Shown here one piece after another: positions 1 through 18,015 of a DNA stretch of 64,000 nucleotides (its first letter is position 1; each line of letters opens with the position of its first letter). Source of the stretch: Hormiphora californensis (Eukaryota > Animalia > Ctenophora); the NCBI GenBank assembly GCA_020137815.1, contig CM035356.1:4402001-4466000 (forward strand). Direction: 5' to 3'. Both the position numbers and the translations under genes were made by a program. Under the pieces are notes generated by a model. That model was given only the letters and a program-made list of their open reading frames with translations. It ran no database searches and had not been told where the DNA came from.

Positions 1-1727
1 GAGCGATAAGCAGATTGAACTTCACTGAACAGTCCATTACTCTCCACGTAGTCAGTAAGCTGGTCAGCGACGCATTTCTCCAGGACCTTCGAGATGAACG
101 AAAGGTTTGAGATTGGTCGATAACTATTAAGTTCATCAGGGTCTAGGTCACTGTTTTTGTATGATGGTCGAATAACAGCAGACTTTAAGCTATCAGGGAC
201 TTCTCCTTTTGTGAGACTGGTGTTCACAATCTTAGACACTATTGGAATGAGGGCTGGAAAAGCATCGTTGACAAATGAAGTTGGCATAGGGTCCAGGGTA
301 CAGTGTTTCTTGTTCATAGCACGGACAGTAGCAGCCAGCATCGAATCGGAGACAGGTTGAAATTTCGCAAACTTTGGCAACTCTGCATCTGTTTCTAGTC
401 GCGGTGTCAGTTCAGGAAGATCGGCTGTGAAATCCGGATCAAGCTGAATTTTCTCATAGATTGCCTCGATCTTGGAAGTGAAAAAGTCGATCATCCGGTC
501 TGGAAGCCCATCTGGATCGTCAGTGGAGGGGAGTTGGGTCGGCGTCTTTTCCTTTCCGAGCAGGTGGTTTAGGATTTGATACAACGCAGCATGATTTCCG
601 TCTGCTGCCTCTAGACGCTGTTGGAAGAATTCTCTTCTGGTGCGATTGAATACAGTTTTAGTAAACCGGATCTCAGCTATGAACAACTTTTCAGCTATTA
701 GAACTTTTTCGTGGCAGACTGGTTTGTTCTTTTGCTTCTGTTTAAGGGCTTTCTTGTACGCTGACTTGTACTTCCGCTCTGCTTTTCGGCGTTTGTGTAG
801 AGCATCATAGCACTCTTGACTAAACCAGGGGGGCTTAGAGGATTCCGAAACAACTTTATCCTCAATCGGTGCTAACTGGTCAAGTATGTCTTCAAGTATG
901 GTGTTATACAGTTTGACACATTCATCGACTGATTCAGGAAGCGGAGATTGACACAGTTTTGATTTCAGAATCATATCCCGCACCAATTCAGTAGAGACTC
1001 GTTTCATCGAGCGGCCAGTGATCATTTTCTTATGTTTGATCCCGTTTGCTGAGCCACAATGCATTTTGAAGTCAACTAAGAAGTGGTCGGGTACTTCAGG
1101 GGTAGGTGTGACATTCAAAGAATCAAGAAGTGGGACATCTTTTGTCAGTACTAGATCAAGGGTGCCCCCGTGGAGGTGAGTCGGTTCTCGAACATGCTGT
1201 ATCCAACAATGATCCTCAAGTATTTGCAAGAAACTTTGGGCGAATGGACAGAGCAGTTTTTCCACGTGAACATTAAAGTCACCAGTTATCAGATGATGTC
1301 CAGACTTCGATGAAAACACTGAAAGAAACTCCTCGAACTCCTCAAGGAAGATCGCCTGTTTGGAAGAATCAGGGGGACGGTAGATAACAGCAACTCTCGT
1401 CAGGTCTATTCCAGGTCCATCAAGTATTGCTTCCAGCAACTCAAAGCTCGAGAAGACTTTACGAGATTTACATCGTTTCACTTTTAGTTCTTTCCTGTAA
1501 ACAATGGCAACTCCACCACCTCTGCTACCGCGAGGAACACTGAGCAGCTTGTAGGGGAATTCTTCTATCTCCTTTGATAGAGCAGATTCTTTTGGAGATA
1601 GCCAAGATTCGGTTACACACATCACATCTATTTCCTGATCCATAGTTAGTACCAAGACTTCCTCTGTTTTGTTGCGAATCGAGCAGCAGTTGATGTTTCC
1701 GAAACTAAGAGAGGGAACTTTAGACAT
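1..1727 (-). CDS. LINE ORF2: apurinic endonuclease plus start of reverse transcriptase (partial)
   Basis: Hand translation from ATG 1727: NINCCSIRNK, VTESWL, RGGGVAIVY, IYRPP, ITGDFN, PTHLHGGTLDLVLT, PDHFLV, then pre-RT YRPISNLSFISKVLEK and QSAYR. Appears open to the window edge. Confidence 0.92.
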   Translation of the reverse strand, partial: MSKVPSLSFGNINCCSIRNKTEEVLVLTMDQEIDVMCVTESWLSPKESALSKEIEEFPYKLLSVPRGSRGGGVAIVYRKELKVKRCKSRKVFSSFELLEAILDGPGIDLTRVAVIYRPPDSSKQAIFLEEFEEFLSVFSSKSGHHLITGDFNVHVEKLLCPFAQSFLQILEDHCWIQHVREPTHLHGGTLDLVLTKDVPLLDSLNVTPTPEVPDHFLVDFKMHCGSANGIKHKKMITGRSMKRVSTELVRDMILKSKLCQSPLPESVDECVKLYNTILEDILDQLAPIEDKVVSESSKPPWFSQECYDALHKRRKAERKYKSAYKKALKQKQKNKPVCHEKVLIAEKLFIAEIRFTKTVFNRTRREFFQQRLEAADGNHAALYQILNHLLGKEKTPTQLPSTDDPDGLPDRMIDFFTSKIEAIYEKIQLDPDFTADLPELTPRLETDAELPKFAKFQPVSDSMLAATVRAMNKKHCTLDPMPTSFVNDAFPALIPIVSKIVNTSLTKGEVPDSLKSAVIRPSYKNSDLDPDELNSYRPISNLSFISKVLEKCVADQLTDYVESNGLFSEVQSAYR

Positions 1728-2430
1728 ATCTAGTTTTTTGCCTGTTCTTCAATGAGGGATAGACGGAATGGGCACAGCCGTTCTCCACTGTGATGATCTC
1801 TGGCTCGTGTTTTAAAAGTTTGAGACTTGTTGCAATTGACACAGAACTTCTTATCTCGGTTAGTACAGGTTTTTACATCGTGGTCTTCACCGCAGAGTTT
1901 ACATACCAGAACAGTGCTAGTACAGTCCGCTGTTTTGTGTTTAAACCCATGACACTTGAAACACTGGGGCACATGAAATCGCTCAACTACATTCAGTCGG
2001 GACCAGCCATAGTAAACCTTTCCTGTTTCGAGAAGGCGTTGTTGGAGGGGAACAGGGATTCTTAGGGCAACTGTACACTTATCTTTGTTCTGGAAGTGGC
2101 TCTTTATGTAAACCACTGTTACATCCGGTGACAGCAAACATGGGTTTTTCTGTTGCAGAGTTTTCAGTACTCGATCTTTGGCCTCTTCCGTTGATAAGTT
2201 TTCTATGTTTTCTGGAACATGAAGAATCGTGACCTTGGCAGTTCCAGAGACCACAGATATGGTGGCATCCTGGGGGATTGAATTGGTGACCAGATCCTTG
2301 ATCGACTCAATATCAGTTGATTCAGGAAAACCCACCCTGATTTCAGCAGCATGATTTGTATCCATGAAGAGCATAGGAGTCTTTGCCAGACAAGTGTTTA
2401 GGTCCTTCTGAGAGAGATGGTCGAAAAAGG
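1..2430 (-). mobile_element. L2/CR1-group non-LTR retrotransposon (5'-truncated ORF1 plus ORF2 running off the window)
   Basis: ORF1 with CCHC knuckles is followed after a 2-nt spacer (TAG-AT-ATG at 1732-1725) by an APE-RT ORF2. Confidence 0.93.
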
Positions 2431-2461
2431 TAAGGAAAGTTAGGTGAAATGAGTAGTACAC
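1730..2461 (-). CDS. LINE ORF1 gag-like nucleic-acid-binding protein (N-terminally truncated)
   Basis: Zinc knuckles QCFKCHGFKHKTADC, CKLCGEDHDVKTC and CVNC...H...CP. Homology fades near 2420, so the listed start is probably not the real one. Confidence 0.88.
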   Translation of the reverse strand: MYYSFHLTFLTFFDHLSQKDLNTCLAKTPMLFMDTNHAAEIRVGFPESTDIESIKDLVTNSIPQDATISVVSGTAKVTILHVPENIENLSTEEAKDRVLKTLQQKNPCLLSPDVTVVYIKSHFQNKDKCTVALRIPVPLQQRLLETGKVYYGWSRLNVVERFHVPQCFKCHGFKHKTADCTSTVLVCKLCGEDHDVKTCTNRDKKFCVNCNKSQTFKTRARDHHSGERLCPFRLSLIEEQAKN

Positions 2462-2848
2462 AGTCCTCCACCGGTGTCTCTGTTAATAATTCATGACATT
2501 TAATATACCGCTTAATAGTGTTTAAAATAAATGGCTTGCTACTGATTCAATCAGATCGATGCTACACCATTTACCACTTTCTAAAGCGGTTCGCCAACCA
2601 GCAGATTTTCTTTTCCCTTGAAAGTTGAAAGTGAACGACCAAAAATAAAAAACAACCCCAACACCGATTGCCATCACTTTTCAGCAGCCAAGGAGAGGCT
2701 GCTGAAGAGAGAAAGGGGGTAGCCGTTATGAAGAGTTAATCGCGACCAAAAATTGAAAATTGTCGATTGTGCGGAATCAACAATTTTCAAGTTTCGAAAC
2801 TTAGAAACAAACGCGCGCGATGTGCTCGCATATTTGCAGCGCTATAAT

Positions 2849-2924
2849 AAATAATTCGCGCCCTGCAAACAAAATGACCACGGTTAGATAGTGGTCATTT
2901 TTGTTTGCAGGGCGCGAATTATTT
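2849..2924. repeat. Isolated hairpin (about 32-bp stem, 9-nt loop)
   Basis: AATAATTCGCGCCCTGCAAACAAAATGACCAC-ggttagata-GTGGTCATTTTTGTTTGCAGGGCGCGAATTATT. Confidence 0.8.
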
Positions 2925-3119
2925 TTTCTAATAACTTAGAAAAGTGGTTTGAGCATCAAAAGATTCAAAACGGCTCAACTGTTTGGGTTGAAGTATTCAG
3001 AAACCAGTGGATATTGAATAATATAATAATGAATAAGAGGCAAAATTTTGGAAAATGATATCAAAATTGAAATAATGATATCAGAATTGAAATAATATTT
3101 CATATTGATAATTGATATA

Positions 3120-3291
3120 CAGTCAGACCCCGATTTACCGGGCCCCGATTTACCGGAACCCCGATTTACCGGGAGGATAAACTTCCCCCGGTATAGGAAA
3201 ATAACGGTATTTGACCCCGATATACCGGGCACCCCGATTTACCGGGCAAAACCCTTTCCCCCGAGCATCCCGGTAAATCGGGGTCCGACTG
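3120..3291. mobile_element. Tc1/mariner-type MITE (CAGTCGGACCCCGATTTA family)
   Basis: TIR CAGTCAGACCCCGATTTA...TAAATCGGGGTCCGACTG, TA on both sides, internal CCCCGATTTACCGG repeats. Relatives at 7430, 31188 and 45516. Confidence 0.9.
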
Positions 3292-3375
3292 TATCACTAT
3301 CAGTCACACAATTTGACAAAAATGAAACATCAACATCATGCATTTAATTCATTCATTTATCAACTAGTATAATAG

Positions 3376-5342
3376 TCACTCTACATTGTCAATACCACAC
3401 TCCCCACTGCTACAAGTATGGTGGCTAGCTTTCTTTAAGTGCTCCGCTCTCCCTCTCAACATCTCAACCTCACTCCGTACATTCTTCTGCGCATTTTCCT
3501 CGGCAAATTGTCGAAATTCTCGGGTCGCGAACACAAACTTCCTGTCCACAAACCGGGACATAATCTGAAAAAAAGAATGGTAAAAATTAAGCTAATAGCT
3601 ACTAGAGATCGGACTAAGCCTGTATGGTCGCGGCGCCAGACAGGGCTAGCAGTAATAATTACCGCGGCTCTGCGTTCACAGAACTCCAGCTCCGGAACAT
3701 GTTCATACTCCTTCCTTATCTTCCTGGCGTATAAAGTGTACTCGATGGGGTTAGCTCCCAGAATGGCAAGGTCAAAGTCCAGGAAATAATGGATGTCGCG
3801 GGCTCTACCACTGTCTGACTCATGTTCCTAGGGAGGAAGGAGGTTGTTCAGCTAAATTTACACTTCTCTGTTACAGCTACAATTACAGTAGTAACACAGA
3901 AGTAACACAGCAGTTTTAGTAAACCTAGACGAGGTAGGGGGAAGATATTGGACCGGACAGAGGATTAGCAAAACTAGACGAGGTAGGGGGAAGATATTGG
4001 ACCGGACAGAGGATTGGGGAATCCTGACGTCTGTGTGATGGTTTTAGATTGAAAGGGGGGGGGGCTCATCAATCTGCAGAAACGTCTGTGTGATGGTTTT
4101 AGATTGAAAGGGGGGGGGCTCATCAATCTGCAGAAACGTCTGTGTGATGGTTTTAGATTGAAAGGGGGGGGGGCTCATCAATCTGCAGAAACGTCTGTGT
4201 GATGGTTTTAGATTGAAAGGGGGGGGGCTCATCAATCTGCAGAAACGTCTGTGTGATGGTTTTAGATTGAAAGGGGGGGGGCTCATCAATCTGCAGAAAC
4301 GTCTGTGTGGTGGTTTTATTTTGGAGAGTGGTTCTATATCTGCCAACAAATCTCTAGTACCTCTGTGTGATGTCCAGTGCTAATCTCTAGTACCTCAGTG
4401 TGATGTCCAGTGCTAGTCGTTGTAATCATCTCAACCACATCCCTGATGAGATCGCTCTCCAGATTTAGGTCCTCAGCACACCTCTCAAACGCCTCCACAC
4501 TTTTCTCCTCATTGTCTGCTCGCTGCATGGTGGACACATGCAGTTATTAATTATTATTAATTATTAATTATTATAATGAATTTCCAACACCCCTTACTCA
4601 AAAATTCAAAAAACAATCAGTCATTGTTTGACAAGAGAGCCTCGTTCCTAGAAGGAATGATTCATAGAAGCCTAAGGAATGAGGTTCTTACCTTGGGATC
4701 ATACTCATAGTCATGGAAGAAAATGGAAAAGAGGACTGTTTTTGGAAAGGTGAGCTCCTGGACAAAGTGCTTGTGGTTCAGTATCATTTGGTATATGTGT
4801 TCTAGGTTGTGATACTTCCTGCAGGGATTTGTTATTGTTAGGGGGGTGGGGGTGGTTGGGGTTGTTGGGTTGGCGGGCTGGGGGGAGTGTGGGGGGGGGG
4901 GGCGGGGTGGTGGCGGGTATATGTGTTCTAGGTTGTGATACTTCCTGGGGGATTTGTTATTGTTTGTTAGGGGGGTGGAGGGGGGTTATTCAGGGGTTGA
5001 GGGAGGGTTCATGTTCTTCAGGGGGTGGGGGGGGGGCGATCGAGGCTCACGAAGTGAAAATAGGTTGCAATAGATCCAATTATGATACCTATGTGGTTGT
5101 GTGTATTGGGATATAATATCGTGGAACCATTCTCCAATCACCAACTTGTCGTCTGAGAAGGAACCTGCCAGGGTCTGCCACTCTGGAAACACAGTGATGT
5201 TATGTCGATGTTATATGCGATACTATTGTCATTGAGTAAAAAAGCACAAATTGAAAAACTGACCTATCCAAACCATTTCCTGTTTCATATCAATAAATCC
5301 CCGGTCCCTTTTGCTCCGTTTTTCACCCATCTGCTGGTCCAT
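3376..5342 (-). CDS. Predicted metal-dependent HD-superfamily phosphohydrolase (COG4339-like), 6 coding exons
   Basis: Phase-compatible GT-AG exons at about 5342-5264, 5183-5089, 4818-4692, 4522-4394, 3827-3663 and 3564-3376. Motifs PHRKYHNLEH, FFHDYEYDPKRADNEEKS and FLDLDLAILG...YARKIRKEY. Confidence 0.85.
4028..4312. repeat. About 54-bp minisatellite, about 5 copies, intronic
   Basis: Unit CTGTGTGATGGTTTTAGATTGAAAG(n)CTCATCAATCTGCAGAAACGT. Confidence 0.92.
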
Positions 5343-6064
5343 CTGGCAAAGATAAAATTTATAAAGGAGCACCTGAAAATATTTATGAAGGAGCAACGGA
5401 GTTGCAGAGTAAAAGCACACGCAACAGGAAGTGTGTGTGTGTGCGTGTTAAAGCAATGTACATTTTCTTCTATCTTGAGGCAGTTGGTGAAAATGGAAGT
5501 ACTTAAACCCAGTTGAACAAATCGGCCATCCGATTTCCAAGTGATAATTTCAAAAAAGGTCTGATTTTGTGGGAAATCGAGAATTGAATTAACACAATTT
5601 ACACACAAACACTTACACACAATGAAACACAAACAATGGCCATTGAAAGCAATTAACACTTTATACATTGATCGTGTCCAAGATTTGGCAGATACCAACT
5701 CAACAATTCTAACTCAACATAAAAATGGCCCACGTACGGCGTACAGTCTGTACAAAACCAGCTCTTCTCTAAATAGTAAACTGCAGTCTTCACAGACAAA
5801 CGACAAACACAGCATGAACTAAAGTTAGCTGAGAGGAATCATAAAACAATTCATACCGGATCCTTGTGGATCAGAGTTATGTCAGATCAACCCCACTAGC
5901 TATTACTATAATATGGTCCCTGTCAGGCCAATGTTCCATACTGTGAACCCTCTTGGTAGCTGTGTATCACTCGAATCGAGCTGTATAGTATACAGTGTAT
6001 ACTCACTCTCTCAGCCGTGCGAGATGTTACAGTCAGTGCCGGACAACTATATACTCACTCAATC

Positions 6065-13293
<7,229 letters not shown>

Positions 13294-13631
13294 GTTTTAA
13301 CTCTCCCCTTTTGGGTGGTTTAACTCTCCCCTGCCCGTGCTGCTATAATGTAAGATCTGGGATGCTCCCCTGCCCGTGCTGCTATAATGTAAGATTTGGG
13401 ATGGTTATAACAATTCAATCAACTACTATAACTCTCGACTGGTATTCTGCATGTACAAAGGGCTGGTGAGAGGTAACAGAAAGAATTCATACCAAGATAA
13501 AATATGAAACGTGATACAGGCAAGTAGAGGGGGATGCGAAATATATCCATGAGTACGTGGTACGACGTTTGGGATACATTTACGAAATCTGAAAACCTCA
13601 AACTACAGTCATGAAACGGAGTGAAAGAGAA

Positions 13632-13764
<133 letters not shown>

Positions 13765-14086
13765 TTCCTGCAGGTAGGTATAGAACAAACATCCTTGTTT
13801 TCTATCTTGAACCCTCCACATCCACAATGTGTATTACACATGCTGTATCCTAATAGAGTAGAAATGTGGAAATGGGGAGAACTTTCCATATCACAGCAAC
13901 CGCTATACCGGCGCCGTATCCCGGAAAAAAGGAAAGGCTCGGGATTTTTGGTGGTAAGAAGGGTCAGGTAGCAAAAAATGAAAAACACACACATAAACAG
14001 AATGGCCTCGCACCATTGCAAATTGTCCAGCAACTCGTTCAGTCTTTGTATCTCTCTTTCTCTCTCTCTCTCTCATAATTCCATCT

Positions 14087-14190
<104 letters not shown>

Positions 14191-14429
14191 CCTCACTTTC
14201 TCTCCTCTATAGAAGTCCAACTATGCACCTTACCAAGACCGGCTTGCTATGGTACTATTCGATGTCCAAGTATCTACTCTGGTCGGCCCCTCGTCCGTCA
14301 AAACTCAGATACTGTTCCGGAGAATCCTGAATGGGGTTGGTGAGTTAGGGATGAAGCACTATGTGGTATGTGGTCATGTCCGATTTTGAGTTAGGGGTGA
14401 AGGATACATCAATAATGGGGATTGGGGTT

Positions 14430-17062
14430 GTTGAGTTAGGGGTGGAGAATCCTGAATGGGGTTGTTGAGTTAGGGGTGGAGGAGACATCAAGAATGGGGT
14501 TGTTGAGTTAGGGGTGGAGGAGACATCAAGAATGGGGTTGTTGAGTTAGGGGTGGAGGAGACATCAAGAATGGGGTTGTTGAGTTAGGGGTGGAGGAGAC
14601 ATCAAGAATGGGGTTGTTGAGTTAGGGGTGGAGGAGACATCAAGAATGGGGTTGTTGAGTTAGGGGTGGAGGAGACATCAAGAATGGGGTTGTTGAGTTA
14701 GGGGTGGGGGAGACATCAAGAATGGGGTTGTTGAGTTAGGGGTGGAGGAGACATCAAGAATGGGGTTGTTGAGTTAGGGGTGGAGGAGACATCAAGAATG
14801 GGGTTGTTGAGTTAGGGGTGGTGGAGACATCAAGAATGGGGTTGTTGAGTTAGGGGTGAAGGAGACATCAAGAATGGGGTTGTTGAGTTAGGGGTGGAGG
14901 AGACATCAAGAATGGGGTTGTTGAGTTAGGGGTGGAGGAGACATCAAGAATGGGGTTGTTGAGTTAGGGGTGGAGGAGACATCAAGAATGGGGTTGTTGA
15001 GTTAGGGGTGGTGGAGACATCAAGAATTGGGTTGTTGAGTTAGGGGTGGAGGAGACATCAAGAATGGGGTTGTTGAGTTAGGGGTGGAGGAGACATCAAG
15101 AATGGGGTTGTTGAGTTAGGGGTGGTGGAGACATCAAGAATGGGGTTGTTGAGTTAGGGGTGGAGGAGACATCAAGAATGGGGTTGTTGAGTTAGGGGTG
15201 GAGGAGACATCAAGAATGGGGTTGTTGAGTTAGGGGTGGAGGAGACATCAAGAATGGGGTTGTTGAGTTAGGGGTGGAGGAGACATCAAGAATGGGGTTG
15301 TTGAGTTAGGGGTGGAGATATCAAGAACGGGGTTGTTGAGTTAGGGGTGGAGGAGACATCAAGAATGGGGTTGGTGAGTTAGGGGTGGAGGAGACATCAA
15401 GAATGGGGTTGTTGAGTTAGGGGTGGAGGAGACATCAAGAATGGGGTTGTTGAGTTAGGGGTGGAGATATCAAGAACGGGGTTGTTGAGTTAGGGGTGGA
15501 GGAGACATCAAGAATGGGGTTGTTGAGTTAGGGGTGGTGGAGACATCAAGAATGGGGTTGTTGAGTTAGGGCCCCCCTATAATAGGGGTGGAGGAGACAT
15601 TAAGAATGGGGTTGTTGAGTTAGGGGTGGAGGAGACATCAAGAATGGGGTTGTTGAGTTAGGGGTGGAGGAGACATCAAGAATGGGGTTGTTGAGTTAGG
15701 GGTGGAGGAGACATCAAGAATGGGGTTGTTGAGTTAGGGGTGGAGGAGACATCAAGAATGGGGTTGTTGAGTTAGGGGTGGAGATATCAAGAACGGGGTT
15801 GTTGAGTTAGGGGTGGAGATATCAAGAACGGGGTTGTTGAGTTAGGGGTGGAGATATCAAGAACGGGGTTGTTGAGTTAGGGGTGGAGATATCAAGAACG
15901 GGGTTGGTGAGTTAGGGGTGAAGGAGACATCAAGAATGGGGTTGTTGAGTTAGGGGTGAAGGAGACATCAAGAATGGGGTTGTTGAGTTAGGGGTGGAGG
16001 AGACATCAAGAATGGGGTTGTTGAGTTAGGGGTGGAGGAGACATCAAGAATGGGGTTGTTGAGTTAGGGGTGGAGGAGACATCAAGAATGGGGTTGTTGA
16101 GTTAGGGGTGGAGGAGACATCAAGAATGGGGTTGTTGAGTTAGGGGTGGAGGAGACATCAAGAATGGGGTTGTTGAGTTAGGGGTGAAGGAGACATCAAG
16201 AATGGGGTTGTTGAGTTAGGGGTGGAGATATCAAGAACGGGGTTGTTGAGTTAGGGGTGGAGGAGACATCAAGAATGGGGTTGTTGAGTTAGGGGTGGAG
16301 GAGACATCAAGAACGGGGTTGGTGAGTTAGGGGTGGAGGAGACATCAAGAATGGGGTTGTTGAGTTAGGGGTGAAGGAGACATCAAGAATGGGGTTGTTG
16401 AGTTAGGGGTGAAGGAGACATCAAGAATGGGGTTGTTGAGTTAGGGGTGAAGGAGACATCAAGAATGGGGTTGTTGAGTTAGGGGTGGAGGAGACATCAA
16501 GAATGGGGTTGTTGAGTTAGGGGTGAAGGAGACATCAAGAATGGGGTTGTTGAGTTAGGGGTGAAGGAGACATCAAGAATGGGGTTGTTGAGTTAGGGGT
16601 GGAGGAGACATCAAGAATGGGGTTGTTGAGTTAGGGGTGGAGGAGACATCAAGAATGGGGTTGTTGAGTTAGGGGTGGAGGAGACATCAAGAATGGGGTT
16701 GTTGAGTTAGGGGTGGAGGAGACATCAAGAATGGGGTTGTTGAGTTAGGGGTGGAGGAGACATCAAGAATGGGGTTGTTGAGTTAGGGGTGGAGGAGACA
16801 TCAAGAATGGGGTTGTTGAGTTAGGGGTGGAGGAGACATCAAGAATGGGGTTGTTGAGTTAGGGGTGGAGGAGACATCAAGAATGGGGTTGTTGAGTTAG
16901 GGGTGGTGGAGACATCAAGAATGGGGTTGTTGAGTTAGGGGTGGAGGAGACATCAAGAATGGGGTTGTTGAGTTAGGGGTGGAGGAGACATCAAGAATGG
17001 GGTTGTTGAGTTAGGGGTGAAGGAGACATCAAGAATGGGGTTGTTGAGTTAGGGGTGGAGGA
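14430..17062. repeat. 38-bp minisatellite array, about 69 copies
   Basis: Unit GAGTTAGGGGTGGAGGAGACATCAAGAATGGGGTTGTT, with 35-bp variants (GGAGATATCAAGAACGGGG). Confidence 0.97.
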
Positions 17063-17649
17063 AGAATTGGGGAATCATGGAGGTAGAAATATAGGTAAAA
17101 AACGAGCGCACGAGAAGGGGGGGGGGACAACTGAAAAATCCGACTTTATATCAAGTATGAAGAATAAAGAGGATAACAAGAAAAGTGAAGAGTGAAAAGT
17201 TATCTTTCTCCACTTTTCAATATTTTATCTCTGAGTTCAGGTGATGTTGTGTTGAATCAAAATTCCCACGATCTGAAAGTGTTACCTTCAGTACCATTGA
17301 AGATCTGCTTCAATGGTACTGATGCGGGTACTTGTACAATGTACACACAGTACACACAGCTAGTGTTCTGAGTGAGACTCCTTGTAGTATCTAGATACTG
17401 TTAGACTGTAGACTGTCGAAATATTTTGTTGTAGGTGGATATCGATACAGTAAATTGTTGTTGAGTAAGGGGGAACAAGTAAATTGTGTGTCTACTACAA
17501 AAAAAAACTTATCGACCTGTGCTTCTTGTATTTAATTGCTTTTCCTTTTCAGCAACTAGACACAACGCATGACACTGCAGCTCTATAGCTATACCCCCGC
17601 TATACCAATGGTGTATTGAGTATCTAACACCCCCCTGACTTCTAAATTA

Positions 17650-18015
17650 CTCCACATTCTCCGACTCTGTCTATAATTCCTCTCCTTCTTCACGCCTCGC
17701 CCTCTACTACAAATACGCATTCTGACTCAGTCTATAATTCCTCTCCTTTTTCACACCTAGCCCTCTACTACAAATACGCATTCTGACTCTGTCTATAATT
17801 CCTCTCTTTCTTCACACCTAGCCCTCTACTACAAATACGCATTCTGACTCTGTCTATAATTCCTCTCCTTCTTCACGCCTCGCCCTCTACTACAAATACG
17901 CATTCTGACTCTGTCTATAACTCCTCTACTTCTTCACGCCTCGCCCTGTACTACAAATACGAATTCTGACTCTGTCTATAATTCCTCTCCTTCTTCACGC
18001 CTCGCCCTCTACTAC
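17650..18015. repeat. About 61-bp minisatellite, about 6 copies
   Basis: Unit TTCTGACTCTGTCTATAATTCCTCTCCTTCTTCACGCCTCGCCCTCTACTACAAATACGCA. Confidence 0.92.

Noticed and set aside
14430-17062. Interstitial telomere (TTAGGG in each unit)
   Set aside because: Only one hexamer per 38-bp unit, better explained as the reverse complement of a CCCTAAC branch-point sequence.
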